From contig JADGIF010000070.1 in NCBI GenBank assembly GCA_018985225.1, forward strand, positions 1-23,514: a stretch of 23,514 nt of DNA. The letters run 5' to 3'. The position numbers and the translations under genes were made by a program. The notes under the pieces are model-generated. The model was not told the DNA's origin, searched no databases, and worked only from the letters and a program-made list of their open reading frames with translations. How positions within the stretch are numbered: the stretch's first letter is position 1; the number at the start of each line of letters is the position of its first letter. Shown here piece after piece: positions 10,001 to 21,398 of the stretch. This stretch comes from Amoeboradix gromovi X-113. Lineage: Eukaryota > Fungi > Sanchytriomycota.

Positions 10001-12983
10001 ATGCATTCAATTTCAACTGAAGAATCGCTGCGCTTATTAAACTCAACCATGACCGGTTTATCTGAACAGCAGCACGAACTTAAACTAAAGGAGTTTGGGT
10101 ATAATGAAATCCCAGATGGTGAACAACCTACTTGGTTTGAAATGATCAAGGAACAATTTGAGGACACCCTAGTCCGTATACTGCTTGGTGCTGCTCTTGT
10201 TAGCTTCGCACTTGCAGTTGAAGAGTATTATGAAGGCACTGAGGTCCATATCGCAATGGCGTTTGCCGAACCACTCGTCATTTTGCTTATTTTAATCGCT
10301 AATGCTGTTGTCGGAATATTGCAAGAGTCCAATGCGTTGCAAGCCATAAACGCTCTCAAAGAGTACACTCCTGATCAATGCCATGCTTTTGTCAACAATC
10401 AGCTTGTGGTTCGCTTGGCTAAATTCTTGGTTCCGGGGGATGTTGTTGAACTTAGAACTGGAAATGTCGTACCTGCAGATTGCCGTATATTGTCTATTAA
10501 TGGTAATCTTAGGATCGATCAATCTATTTTAACTGGTGAATCTTCTTCTGTCTATAAAACTGTGAGCATTGTGTCAAATCACAAAGTTCTTCAAGATCTA
10601 ACCAACATTTTGTTTAGTGGAACTTTAGTAGTTAGTGGGAGTTGTAAGGCGTTAGTTGTTAAAACGGCTCTGTCTACTGAACTCGGTAAGATACACTCTG
10701 AGATTTCAAATGAAGAAGATCAAAAGTCGCCTTTAAAGAAGAAACTGGACGAATTTGGCGACGCTTTAGCAAAATGGATAGCTGTCATTTGTATCCTGGT
10801 ATGGATCATGAACATCAATCATTTTAGCGATAAACAACACGATTACTGGTTAAAAGGTGCTATTTATTACTTCAAAATTGCAGTGTCTCTGGCTGTTGCT
10901 GCAATACCTGAAGGGCTGGCTGTTGTTATAACTACTTGTTTAGCGTTAGGCACTAAAAGAATGGCTAAAAAGAACGCCATAGTTCGTCACTTGCCTAGTG
11001 TTGAGACCTTGGGTTGCTGTGATGTTATTTGCTCAGATAAAACTGGGACTCTAACCACTAATCAAATGTGCGTGGAGCAGTTGTTTGTGCTACAATCTTC
11101 TTCTAGCATTAACTCTTACTCGGTCACTGGTAATGGTTATAGCCCTATCGGTACTATTTCACCAAACCCTTCGACAATACCTGCATTACTCGTGAATTGT
11201 GCCTCCTACTGCAACGATAGCTTTATAGAACATGACAGCAATCATTACAAATGCATTGGAGAACCCACTGAAGCCGCGCTACGTTGTTTTGTTGAAAAAT
11301 GTAATCCTACAATGCAACACGACGGAATGTCAGGTATGTCTTACAACAATGAATTAGCGTCCACCACAATCAAATCACACACGTTCGAGTTTAGTAGAGA
11401 TAGGAAAGCTATGAGTGTTGTTATTCATCCCAAACGACAAACCCGATTGAGTAAGTCTACTCTATATGTTAAAGGTGCTCCTGAGCAGTTGTTGGCTAAA
11501 TGTACTCACGCCCTTATAAATAACCAGACCATTCCACTTACTAATGCTATTAAATCATTGATTTTGAACCAACTGAATGTGTATGCCACCAAAGCTTTAA
11601 GATGCTTATTGTTTGCATATAAAGAATTAGATGATACGACATGTAACTACATCAATACTACTGCAGTTGAATCTAATGAGTATACATCGATTGAATCTGA
11701 TTTAACCTTCATCAGTATCATAGCCATGCGTGATCCTCCTAGACAACTGGTCAATGACAGTATTACAACGTGTGTCCAAGCAGGTATAAAGGTTATAGTT
11801 ATTACTGGTGATAACCAAGTTACTGCAGAGTCAATCTGTAAGGATATCGGATTATTCACTAGCAACCAGCTCTCTAGTAACAAGCAAACACCTGTTCATT
11901 TGAGATGGAGCATCACAGGTGCAGAATGGGACAGTTTGTCTACAGAGGATAAACAGATTAGCGTAGAGAACTGTCTGTTATTTAGTCGTACAGAACCGCA
12001 ACATAAATCACAGTTAATACAGTACTTACAAGCCAATAGTCATACAGTAGCTATGACAGGAGATGGTGTCAATGATGCTATAGCATTAAAGAAGGCTGAT
12101 ATAGGTATTGCGATGGGTTCTGGTACAGATGTAGCCAAGCATGCCAGTGATATGATATTGCAAGATGACGACTTCAATACGATCATACACGCTATTAGAG
12201 AAGGTAGACAGATCTACAATAACACTAAGCAGTTTATTAGATATTTGATCAGTAGTAATATAGGAGAAGTTGTGAGCATATTTCTCACCGTGTTGATGGG
12301 AATGCCAGAAGCATTAATTCCGGTGCAACTGCTGTGGGTTAATTTAGTAACAGACGGTTTGCCAGCCACAGCACTGGGATTCAATCCTAGTGACTCTGAA
12401 ATCATGGTCAGAGGTCCTAGAAAGGCCAGTGATCCCTTGGTAGGTAGATGGTTGTTTATTAGGTACATGATCATCGGAATGTATGTAGGATTCGCTACAG
12501 TGTTCGGCTATGCTTGGTACTACATGTATTACGTTAATGGGCCTTTGATATCATTGAAAGAGCTGGTAATTATAACTAACGTAGCAGGGATATTCAGTAT
12601 ACGCTAGTTCATGCACCACGGACCAGTATGATTGTATGCTCTTCAGTGGAATGCACAAGCTGAAAGCTAGTACGATATCGTTGAGCATATTAGTAGTAAT
12701 AGAGATGCTGAATGCAATGAATTCATTAAGCGAGAACGAGTCACTCTTGAAAATGCCGTTGTGGAGGAACTGGTATTTGATATTTGCAATCATGCTGAGT
12801 ATAGGACTGCATTTCATGATATTGGAAGTAGCATTCTTTCAGGATATATTTCATATTGTTCACTTGAACTGGGATGAGTGGGTAGGTGTTCTGACAATTA
12901 GCATGCCAGTTATAGTAATTGATGAAGTATTGAAGTTAATGAGTAGGACTATAATATATCCAGTTAAGAGCAAAAAGGAATAA
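10001..12983 (+). CDS. SERCA-type P2A Ca2+-ATPase, intron 12566-12584 (or -12587)
   Basis: [56 protein letters not shown] and [13 protein letters not shown]. The intron GTAATTATAACTAACGTAG joins the two ORFs in frame. Confidence 0.95.
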
Positions 12984-13187
12984 ATAATTTGTATTCAATG
13001 TCATAGAAGATGTAAACCGCATATTTTATGTTTTCAGGGTTTGCGTTTTACAATCCTAAGCAAGCCTTACAGACCATGGTAGTCACATGTAACATCGACG
13101 TATAAATTATGCGAAATTATTAATTTGCATAACCTATTTAAAAAAACAAATTTGGTACTTATAGGAATCTTTTTACTGCAAAATTGC

Positions 13188-13588
13188 CTAATAGTTGACA
13201 CTGATCAAGTAATCAGCTAATTTTTCAACCACAGAGGTAGCTTCACCCGGCTGAATGTTCTCATCGTATGTACCAATTAATACAGCTTGTTTAGTTTTGA
13301 CACAGACTACGCCACCAGAAGCCTAAATTAATAAATAATCACCAATTTGCCGTATACTGAACGGTCATCACATCTTAAAGCGATATATTTCTTTCCGTTT
13401 AAAAATAGTCCACCAGCACGGATACCAGAAGCATCTTTGAAAGCGCCAAATAACTTTTCCAATTCTTGTGGGTTTACTGTAAATCCAGGTGAAGTAGCCC
13501 AGGTAGATTTATCATGTCCAAAGATACCTGCAGCGTTGATCTTTTTAGTTCCAACCAAGTTTTGATCGACGTAAGATTGCCAGCTCAT
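13188..13588 (-). CDS. Profilin (126 aa), intron 13323-13342
   Basis: MSWQSYVD...[11 protein letters not shown] | [44 protein letters not shown], joined by a 20-nt GT-AG intron. Confidence 0.95.
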
Positions 13589-13825
13589 TTCGAGTCAAAT
13601 GGGCGCGTCTCAACTTTTATACCCCATTGCTTAAAGATGATTGGTGCAATATATACGTCAGCAAGTACGTGCTAAAACATTAAAAAGCAGGGATGAATCA
13701 AACCCACGAAATAATTGACCAGTACCGTAAGATAAGATGTCGGATGCTCGACAAGTAATGCTATTTTATCTAAAACTTGTAACAAACGAGCCACAGCAAG
13801 GGACTAATTAAAATCATTTATTTTG

Positions 13826-15226
13826 TCACATTGACACCCTGCAAATTGGGCAAGAATTTACTTTTTCCCTCCATTGTTCCACACATCTAGAATGAAAGTA
13901 ATGACCGCACCTTAATATTCGAGCATCATTACTTAGTCTATTTAAGCATATTGAGCAATTTCCTTTCAACCCTTGTAAATGACCATGCATGTTGGGGTAC
14001 CTTTCAATAACCTGCGCACATCCATCCACGTACGCACATGTATTTTTTATTAAACCGGTGTATGTAAAGTTGTTCTGTTTCAGTAGTTCATTCAGCAGCA
14101 TTTTGGAATTCATATTTGTGATGCCTGTTGATATTTGTCTAATTTGCTCAATCATGTAGTCCTCTGAGATGTATTTAGAATAATGATTAATGGGCAAATA
14201 TTCAATGAGTTTACTAGTAGCCTTGTGGTATTTGTTCGCAATTGCAGATTGCAGAATTAAGTCGTAGTCATTCAAAGGGAACTTGAACAACAAAAACCCC
14301 TTTTCAACAGAGTAGGCTATCCATTTTACAGATGCTAGTGTTTGAAGGTTATCTACAAGCAGTCCAGGCGGACTCAAGTGTGGTATTATTAAATCTAACT
14401 GGCTCTTACTCCATTTGTAGAAATCTTTATTAAATTTGCGGCAGAGAGCCTCAAATACAGGGAAGTCAGGCGTTATGCGAATATTAGCGAGTAAAATCAT
14501 CCAATTGAAAGGCTGGAACGTCATTTTAAGATATTGCAATGCTGTTTGTTGGCATTCAGCTATTGAGCTTAATTTGAGCAACAAATCAATATAGTTTGTA
14601 AATCTGGTTTGATAAATGTAGTTACTTCTATATAATATTAGTTCTAGCGGACAGTATTTGTATTCGAGTACCAGAATAGATCTGATTAAAGTTGATGAGG
14701 ATGGTTGAAATGGTTTCAGCGGTTTCAATCTAAAGCTTTCAGTATATGCATCCGGATTATTAATAAATAACTCTTTTACCATTTCATTCCTTTCATGTTT
14801 ATATCCATAAGATATGAAAGAGTAATGGGTGCCAGGGCCGAGGGACTGGAGAAGTGGAAACGATATAAATTTAGAAATCCGGGAATTTACGGGTATTTTA
14901 GAATGGTTAGATATTATTCTAAATGAAGACAATAGGTTTTTCTCGACAATATAATACAGCTGGAAATGTAATACATCTATATTGTATAAGCCAGACTTGT
15001 GTTTTAGGAATTCAAGCAGAATAATTGGGTTCATTATTAGAAATCTATAAATGTCAAAGCAATACGAATCAATTAGACCATCAACAGCACATGTGAAATT
15101 ACTGTTTTCTCGGCATTTTGTAATAAATGGTAAGACATCTTGACTATTCAAGAGTCTGAATTGATTTAAGGTCTCCTCCCTGCTAACTCCACATCCAAGC
15201 AAAACTGAAATAAACAAGAACTTCAT
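13826..15226 (-). CDS. Protein with signal-peptide-like N-terminus and C-terminal RING-H2 finger (putative E3 ligase)
   Basis: MKFLFISVLLGC leader and CSIC...CGHYFHSRC...W...CPICR at the C-terminus. Confidence 0.8.
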   Translation of the reverse strand: MKFLFISVLLGCGVSREETLNQFRLLNSQDVLPFITKCRENSNFTCAVDGLIDSYCFDIYRFLIMNPIILLEFLKHKSGLYNIDVLHFQLYYIVEKNLLSSFRIISNHSKIPVNSRISKFISFPLLQSLGPGTHYSFISYGYKHERNEMVKELFINNPDAYTESFRLKPLKPFQPSSSTLIRSILVLEYKYCPLELILYRSNYIYQTRFTNYIDLLLKLSSIAECQQTALQYLKMTFQPFNWMILLANIRITPDFPVFEALCRKFNKDFYKWSKSQLDLIIPHLSPPGLLVDNLQTLASVKWIAYSVEKGFLLFKFPLNDYDLILQSAIANKYHKATSKLIEYLPINHYSKYISEDYMIEQIRQISTGITNMNSKMLLNELLKQNNFTYTGLIKNTCAYVDGCAQVIERYPNMHGHLQGLKGNCSICLNRLSNDARILRCGHYFHSRCVEQWREKVNSCPICRVSM

Positions 15227-15411
15227 TGACTTATGAGTTGGCTCAATTTGGCTAAAAGGAGCTGCAAGTATTCGGCAAATCTAATTTGCAATTGGCAAAC
15301 TACGCGATGGAATTGAAATTTTAAAATAAAAAAGCTTTCATTAACTTCATTTGCCCAGAGCATTCATATCCTTACTAGTTTGTAAATGTCTCACTAGTGT
15401 TGAAACCTCCA

Positions 15412-16374
15412 ATGTCTTCTGTCTTGGAACAATTAAAGAAAGTTACAACAATTGTTGCTGATACCGGTGACTTTGAGTCTTTTAAGTCTTTTAAGCCTCA
15501 AGATGCCACAACTAATCCGTCTTTGCTCTTATCTGCATCCCAATTACCAGCATATAGTCATATTGTTGAAAAGGCATTAAAAGTTAGCGAGAAAGTTGAA
15601 GATGTGATGGACCATTTAATTGTTTTATTTGGGTGTGAGATATTAAAAATCATTCCCGGTAGAGTTAGCACTGAGGTAGATGCTCGTTTGTCATTTGATA
15701 CAAAAGCAACAGTTAGCAAAGCTCATCAGTTAATTGGATTGTACAAGTCATACGGTGTCGATAAACAGCGCATACTTATCAAAATTGCTTCTACTTGGGA
15801 AGGTATTCAAGCTGCTAAGGAATTAGAAAAAGAAGGCATTCATTGTAATTTGACTCTGTTATTTAGCTTAACACAAGCTATCGGATGCGCGGATGCCAAA
15901 GTTACGCTAATTAGTCCGTTTGTTGGTCGTATTTTTGATTGGTATAAACAGAATACAAAACAAGATGTAACTGGCTTAAATGACCCTGGAGTTGTCAGTG
16001 TTAGTCAAATCTACACTTATTATAAGCAGCACAATATTCCGACTATTGTCATGGGTGCTTCTTTCAGAAACGTTGATCAAATTATGAATTTAGCAGGGTA
16101 TCTTTGTATTTAACGTAGGTGTGATTTCTTAACTATTAGCCCGAAATTGCTAGAAGAATTAGACCAGTTAAAAACGCCTTTAAATGTTCAGTTGAGCGTT
16201 GAAAAAAGCCAACAGAGCGGTAAAATGAATAAAATTGATTTGGATGAGAAGACATTTAGATGGCAATTGAATGAGGACCAAATGGCGACTGAGAAGTTGT
16301 CTGATGGTATTCGCAAGTTTGCAGCTGATGCCATCAAATTAGAAGGCATATTAAAGGCAAAAATGAAAAAGTAA
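15412..16374 (+). CDS. TAL1: Transaldolase, intron 16098-16118
   Basis: [48 protein letters not shown] and VMGASFR. Removing the 21-nt stop-containing intron restores [11 protein letters not shown]. Confidence 0.96.
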
Positions 16375-16421
16375 ACCATGTCCTTACGGTATGAAGATTC
16401 AATTTACTCGGTTTGCAAGTT

Positions 16422-17578
16422 CTACTTTATATCGGACCAATTATTTCTTATGTCTCTGCTTGCTTTTATTAACACATCTTTAGTAATATTGTCTTGAATA
16501 CTCTTCATAACCTTTTCATACGTTGATATATGATTTGGGATATCTTTGTCATCTCTAATTCTCATAAACATCCAAATAGAACCAAAAAGTTTGCATTCTA
16601 CAATGGATCCCTCATACTTTTCACTGTTGCCTTCGAATTCGGTTTGAGTGTCAAAATCAACAAACCCCATTGCTCCGATTTCTTTCAACTCGTCACCAGA
16701 GAGTCCAATGTGCAATAGAAAGTCGATCTTTCGCTCGTCTGTCAAAACATCTGAATGATGCTTAATTTTAATTTTAAAATCAACAGTATTTAGATGAGGG
16801 GGTTTCCATTTAAGTCTATATTAACAACTGAGTACATGTTTGGATCAGTACCAAAGACAAGGCTATTTGACCATTTAGTGAATATTAGACCATCGCTCTC
16901 ATGCTTCAATTTTCCTTGAACATCAGTCTCATTCTCGCGATTTTGATGCTTCAAAGGCTCTTCGAGACGATAGCTTGGGAGCATCTCTTTTAACTCGAGC
17001 GTAAAATAAACCTGGCTACCCATCATCTTTCGCATGTTGTGGTATGATTTCAGGATGACCTGTAGCTTTCCTAGCCTTACATCAAAAGATCGCTTATTCA
17101 TGAACTCGCCATCAAGATAAATACAGTCAAAAAGTAAAAATCGATAAATTTCTTTAAATTCTGGTTCTTTACTTAATTTAGGAAGTTTGCGATTTCTCTT
17201 CTTATAGTATTCTCTAAAAGGAATCCTGTCTATTACAAGCTCTCCATCAAGAAGAGTGTTAACGGATTCCTTATCAATGGAGTGTAACTTTAGATCAGGA
17301 ATATAATATGGCTGCAGTTTACGATCAATAAAGAAAGATTCGTATCTCTTTAGCACTAAATTATATCTGCTATATAACAACAGCCTAACACCGTCAGTTT
17401 TTTCGCAAACAAAATACTTTTCCTTTTTCAGTGTTTCCATATGTTGTGCTTCAAACGAGATAGGTTGAGCGCCTGGAAATCGGCTATAGTTTGTCAATTC
17501 GCGTAAAGTGGACTGAATATCTTGTAAATATTTACCACTGCACACCTGAATGTTCAGATCTTCCCACTTGGTATCCAT
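16422..17578 (-). CDS. CEG1: mRNA capping enzyme guanylyltransferase (alpha subunit), intron 16816-16835
   Basis: FPGAQPISF, motif I EKTDG, LLDGEL, FLLFD, DGLIF and RIRDDK. Removing the 20-nt intron restores motif V ILKWKPPHLNTVDF. Confidence 0.93.
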
Positions 17579-17963
17579 GTTTTAGATAATTTGAAAAATA
17601 AAGCGGAAATTAGCAAAACTAAGTACTGCTACAAATGTCAATTCTACTTTAAATAATTTCTTTTCGGAAGTACGTTCAAAGCTAAGATTCCATAGAACCC
17701 ACTAAAAAATCTATATACTGATTTGTCTATCATTAGGTTGCAAAGAACTTAAAGAACTCGATTCAACTAACATAAGAAATTGACTATTTACCTATATTTC
17801 ATCTTAAGCAGTACTTAACATCATTAAAAGAAAAAGTCTGAAGCGTAATAATTTTTTCTAAAAGCTATTCTCTATAAATTTAAGTTACAATTGCTTTAAT
17901 AGCGAACAGAAAATTCATCTCCAAGAAACTTTTGTTGCAGCTCAACAGTAAATTATTTATTAA

Positions 17964-18803
17964 TCATTTGCACATCTCAATGACCACTTTACTGGGATTT
18001 TTTATGCTCTTTATTATTTTACTGTTATACGCGACAGCTGCCAATTGAGACTTTTCCGATGGGTAGTTGATATGTTTGATGAGTGCTGGATTTAACTCGA
18101 CAATTGCCAGTTGTACATTTTCGGATGGCCTAGCAATGTTTCGAATATTCTTTGGATTATTAATTATCGATGCAAACTGAACAGACTCATCAGGGTTAGT
18201 GATCCATTTAATATTACTTTGATTCTCTTTGATAGCATTCATTTGTATACTAACGGATGGGTTAATGATGTATTTAATTGCTTGACCATTCTGTGAGACG
18301 GCAGATAACTGAACATCAAAAGTGGGATTAGACAAAAACTGGATACTTAGACCATTTTGCTTAACAGCAGCCAATTTTATGTCCTCAGATGGTTCGTAAA
18401 TCCATTTAATACTGTTCCCATTTTGAGTAACAGCGGTCCGCTTCAAGTCGTCAGAAGGATCTGGAATTAATTGAATAGAATGAGCATTCTGCTTAACAGC
18501 AGTTAATTTTATTAAATCAGATGGTTTTGGAATCCATCTGATTGCCATACCGTTTTTAGCAACTGCGGCCAATTGGATCTCTATGGATGGATTGTGGATC
18601 CAGTGGATACTGTAGCCATTCTGTTTTACAGCCGCTAGCTGAATCTCATGGCAAGGGGAAGATATGAACTTTAATGACTGCCCATCATTTCTAACAGCAG
18701 CAAGCTGAATTTCAATAGAAGGATTATTAATAAATTGAATATCAAGCCCTCTTTTGCTAACAGCGGCTTGCTTTAAATCGTCGCTCATTAACTTACCTGA
18801 CAT
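17964..18803 (-). CDS. 22-aa tandem repeat protein (DUF4116-like), about 12 repeats
   Basis: Consensus IQLAAVKQNGxxIxxIxNPSxx is repeated throughout. Confidence 0.75.
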   Translation of the reverse strand: MSGKLMSDDLKQAAVSKRGLDIQFINNPSIEIQLAAVRNDGQSLKFISSPCHEIQLAAVKQNGYSIHWIHNPSIEIQLAAVAKNGMAIRWIPKPSDLIKLTAVKQNAHSIQLIPDPSDDLKRTAVTQNGNSIKWIYEPSEDIKLAAVKQNGLSIQFLSNPTFDVQLSAVSQNGQAIKYIINPSVSIQMNAIKENQSNIKWITNPDESVQFASIINNPKNIRNIARPSENVQLAIVELNPALIKHINYPSEKSQLAAVAYNSKIIKSIKNPSKVVIEMCK

Positions 18804-19151
18804 GTTTCAAAAGAATTTAAAAATGTGGAACACACTGCGAGAATGGCCAGAAACATGATCTGGAGACACTCCTGTCAGTGTTTTACAAAGCAGATTAAAA
18901 TTTGTTTATACACTTGTGATCTCAGTGGAAATAACAGTAATAAGACTGTCACGCCATGATAGCTAGAGTTATGTCTTTTGGATGGGGCAAACGATTAATA
19001 ATGGCCCACCTTGGATGAGATATTTATTGTTTTCAACATTATTGCACAAAAACTCTTTCAAATGATCGCGATCTTTATCGATCGTTTTTGTGGGTTTCTG
19101 GCTCAAATTACATTCAGGACAGCTTTTGCAATGCGCTAATCTGAGATTTAA

Positions 19152-19383
19152 AAAAATTGTTTGGCACATTAGTTTAAAATATGAAAGAACGCGAAATGAC
19201 TAGGGAAAAGAGATAATTTCACCAAGAAGTGGTTTAATAACAGAATTAGTATTACTCATAATATTTCGCACCGTTTAGCTACTGCATGAACAGTATACTT
19301 TGCTTACGCTGTGACAAGATTGACTTTTTCAGTTACTCTAAAAGATTTTGATTCTCTAAGAAGTCGAGACTTTTAGTGAGGAG
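19152..19383 (+). mobile_element. Dispersed repeat family B, copy 2, ending GACTTTTAGTGAGGAG
   Basis: Inverted copy of 8097-8335, with a long subterminal hairpin CTAAAAG-A-TTTTGATT...AGTCGAGA-CTTTTAG. Confidence 0.8.
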
Positions 19384-19417
19384 TCCTTAAACGTCGATTA
19401 ATTGAAACAATCGAGCT

Positions 19418-20338
19418 ATGTCCATTCAGCAGGAATTAATATTAAAAGATGGAAGGATCATGCAATATAAAGAATGTGGAGATTTTGGTAGTGCCACTAA
19501 GTTAGTGTTATTCCATGGCTTGTTTGCAATTGGAGATTTCAGTACCCGAGAAAAGCAGTTTAAAAAGCTGAAAGTGCACTGCTTGTCTCCAAATTTACCA
19601 GGATGGGTGAAATCCAGTAGTTGGCCAAATGATAAACCAATCAAGGAGTACGCCAACGATGTGCTGGAACTCTTGAACCACAAGTTCAAAGACTTAAAAA
19701 AAATAAAAATTTATACAGCTGGTGGATCCTATGGTTCAGTTTTTGCTCAAATTGTTGCAGGAAATCTTGAATGTGTGAGTGGATTTTTAAGTATTGGTGG
19801 TTTTTCGTCATTTTATCTGAATAAAGATTATGCAAAAGGTATGACCTGGTTCAACTGGATCTCCGTTGGTACACCAGGCTACTATTTTCCTCTTATCCAG
19901 TGGCTACTAGCCAAAGCGCTTAAGAAAAAAATTTCTACACAAGAAGGTGCACGGTCTATCATGGAAAAGGCATTAAACTTGTCGAGTTTAGAATTAGAAC
20001 AGGCAAAAGAATGGACCCTCAGAACCGGCAGAACTATCGAAGAAGTTAAGGAGAGTATGACTAATCAGATGGTTCAGAGCTTGGAATTCTCCACTGATGG
20101 TTACATACAAGTGCCAAGAGTTTTGCATGCTGACTGGGGATTTGTGCCTGCAGAAATCACAAACAAGTACATCATGATTGTAGGTGCCAGAGATGACCAT
20201 GCGGCACACTACCAAATGCAAAAATGGCTAGCAGATTCTTATGAGTGCAAATTGAAAACGATTGAAGGTGGCCATATCTCAGCAATCTTTTGTATTGATT
20301 TGTTGTTCGAAGAGTTTATAAATAACATGAAGAGATAA
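19418..20338 (+). CDS. Alpha/beta hydrolase fold protein
   Basis: LKDGRIMQY, LFHG, PNLPGW, nucleophile elbow GGSYG, DWGF, GARDD and catalytic His in GGH. Confidence 0.88.
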   Translation: MSIQQELILKDGRIMQYKECGDFGSATKLVLFHGLFAIGDFSTREKQFKKLKVHCLSPNLPGWVKSSSWPNDKPIKEYANDVLELLNHKFKDLKKIKIYTAGGSYGSVFAQIVAGNLECVSGFLSIGGFSSFYLNKDYAKGMTWFNWISVGTPGYYFPLIQWLLAKALKKKISTQEGARSIMEKALNLSSLELEQAKEWTLRTGRTIEEVKESMTNQMVQSLEFSTDGYIQVPRVLHADWGFVPAEITNKYIMIVGARDDHAAHYQMQKWLADSYECKLKTIEGGHISAIFCIDLLFEEFINNMKR

Positions 20339-20452
20339 TAATAAACTTTTTAATCATTATACCTATTTCAAGCTGAATGATGATTGGACGTGGATGGTCG
20401 CTCTAAACAATCGGAGATTTCACCACTCTCCCCATCGAACGAGTTTTCAATT

Positions 20453-21244
20453 ATGAAATTGAGTAGATTACCAAAGCCTGCAAAAAACCTTATTTTACAG
20501 TACAGTGGGTTTTACGGGTGCCTGCTTTTAAACCATTACGAAACTGCAAAACAGATTAGAAATTCAAATCCGTTATACATGGAAGTGGAAATAAAATATG
20601 AAAATGCATCTGAACCATATCTCAAATGTGTAATTCACTTCAATGGGGAGTGGAAGTTTGGAATTGTTAAATCAGATACCAGTGATTTAGATGATATAAA
20701 GTGGATGATTGTTTCTAATTATGATTCGTTAAGTACTTTGTTACATCAACCAATATCGGTTATGTTCAGCGAGAGAAACGAAACCGTGATACTGAGCTGC
20801 TGGTATTCGTTCGAGCCACTGAAGCAGTCCTTTAGCATGGGCACTTACGCATTTATTCCAAAGCGGGTGGAAAAATGTTCCGAGGTATTGAATACCTTCT
20901 TAAGCACATATATACAAATAGATAGTATGAAATTGGCCAAAAAAACGGACTCACCATTACTAACTATTAACAACATGGCTATTGGGTGCATGTACTACAA
21001 GGAATTTGTAATAGTGAGAGAAATCGACGAGGAAACCTATTTGTGCATATATTTTAATCACGATTCGCAATTAATTGAATTGATGGGTACGCTTTTGCTA
21101 CACCATAAGCAAAAGTTCCATATTAGCTCTGATTTTACAACTAATTTGTGGCCAGTGGGGTTTGGAAAACAAAGAGAATTTGCTAATGCACTCCAGTCTC
21201 TTAAAGAGACCAAGTTTAGTTATAAAAAAATTTTGACTGAGTAA
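20453..21244 (+). CDS. Hypothetical protein with a weak F-box-like N-terminus
   Basis: 263-codon ORF from the first ATG, beginning MKLSRLPKPAKNLILQY. AATAAA follows the stop. Confidence 0.55.
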   Translation: MKLSRLPKPAKNLILQYSGFYGCLLLNHYETAKQIRNSNPLYMEVEIKYENASEPYLKCVIHFNGEWKFGIVKSDTSDLDDIKWMIVSNYDSLSTLLHQPISVMFSERNETVILSCWYSFEPLKQSFSMGTYAFIPKRVEKCSEVLNTFLSTYIQIDSMKLAKKTDSPLLTINNMAIGCMYYKEFVIVREIDEETYLCIYFNHDSQLIELMGTLLLHHKQKFHISSDFTTNLWPVGFGKQREFANALQSLKETKFSYKKILTE

Positions 21245-21398
21245 ATAAATTGATTTATGGAATCACTTCGTTGTTGTGTAGAAAATACTATGGTATAGTA
21301 GGAAGCCGTACAGAAATTACTTTATCTACTTGAGAAATAAATGCGCAAAGTATGACGATTATTGCACTCAATTGATGACTTGAAACAAAAGAGACGTT

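Noticed and set aside
16098-16118. Stop-codon reassignment or readthrough to explain split genes
   Set aside because: GT-AG introns restore conserved motifs exactly. Genes end normally at TAA, TAG and TGA, and long ORFs have no internal stops.
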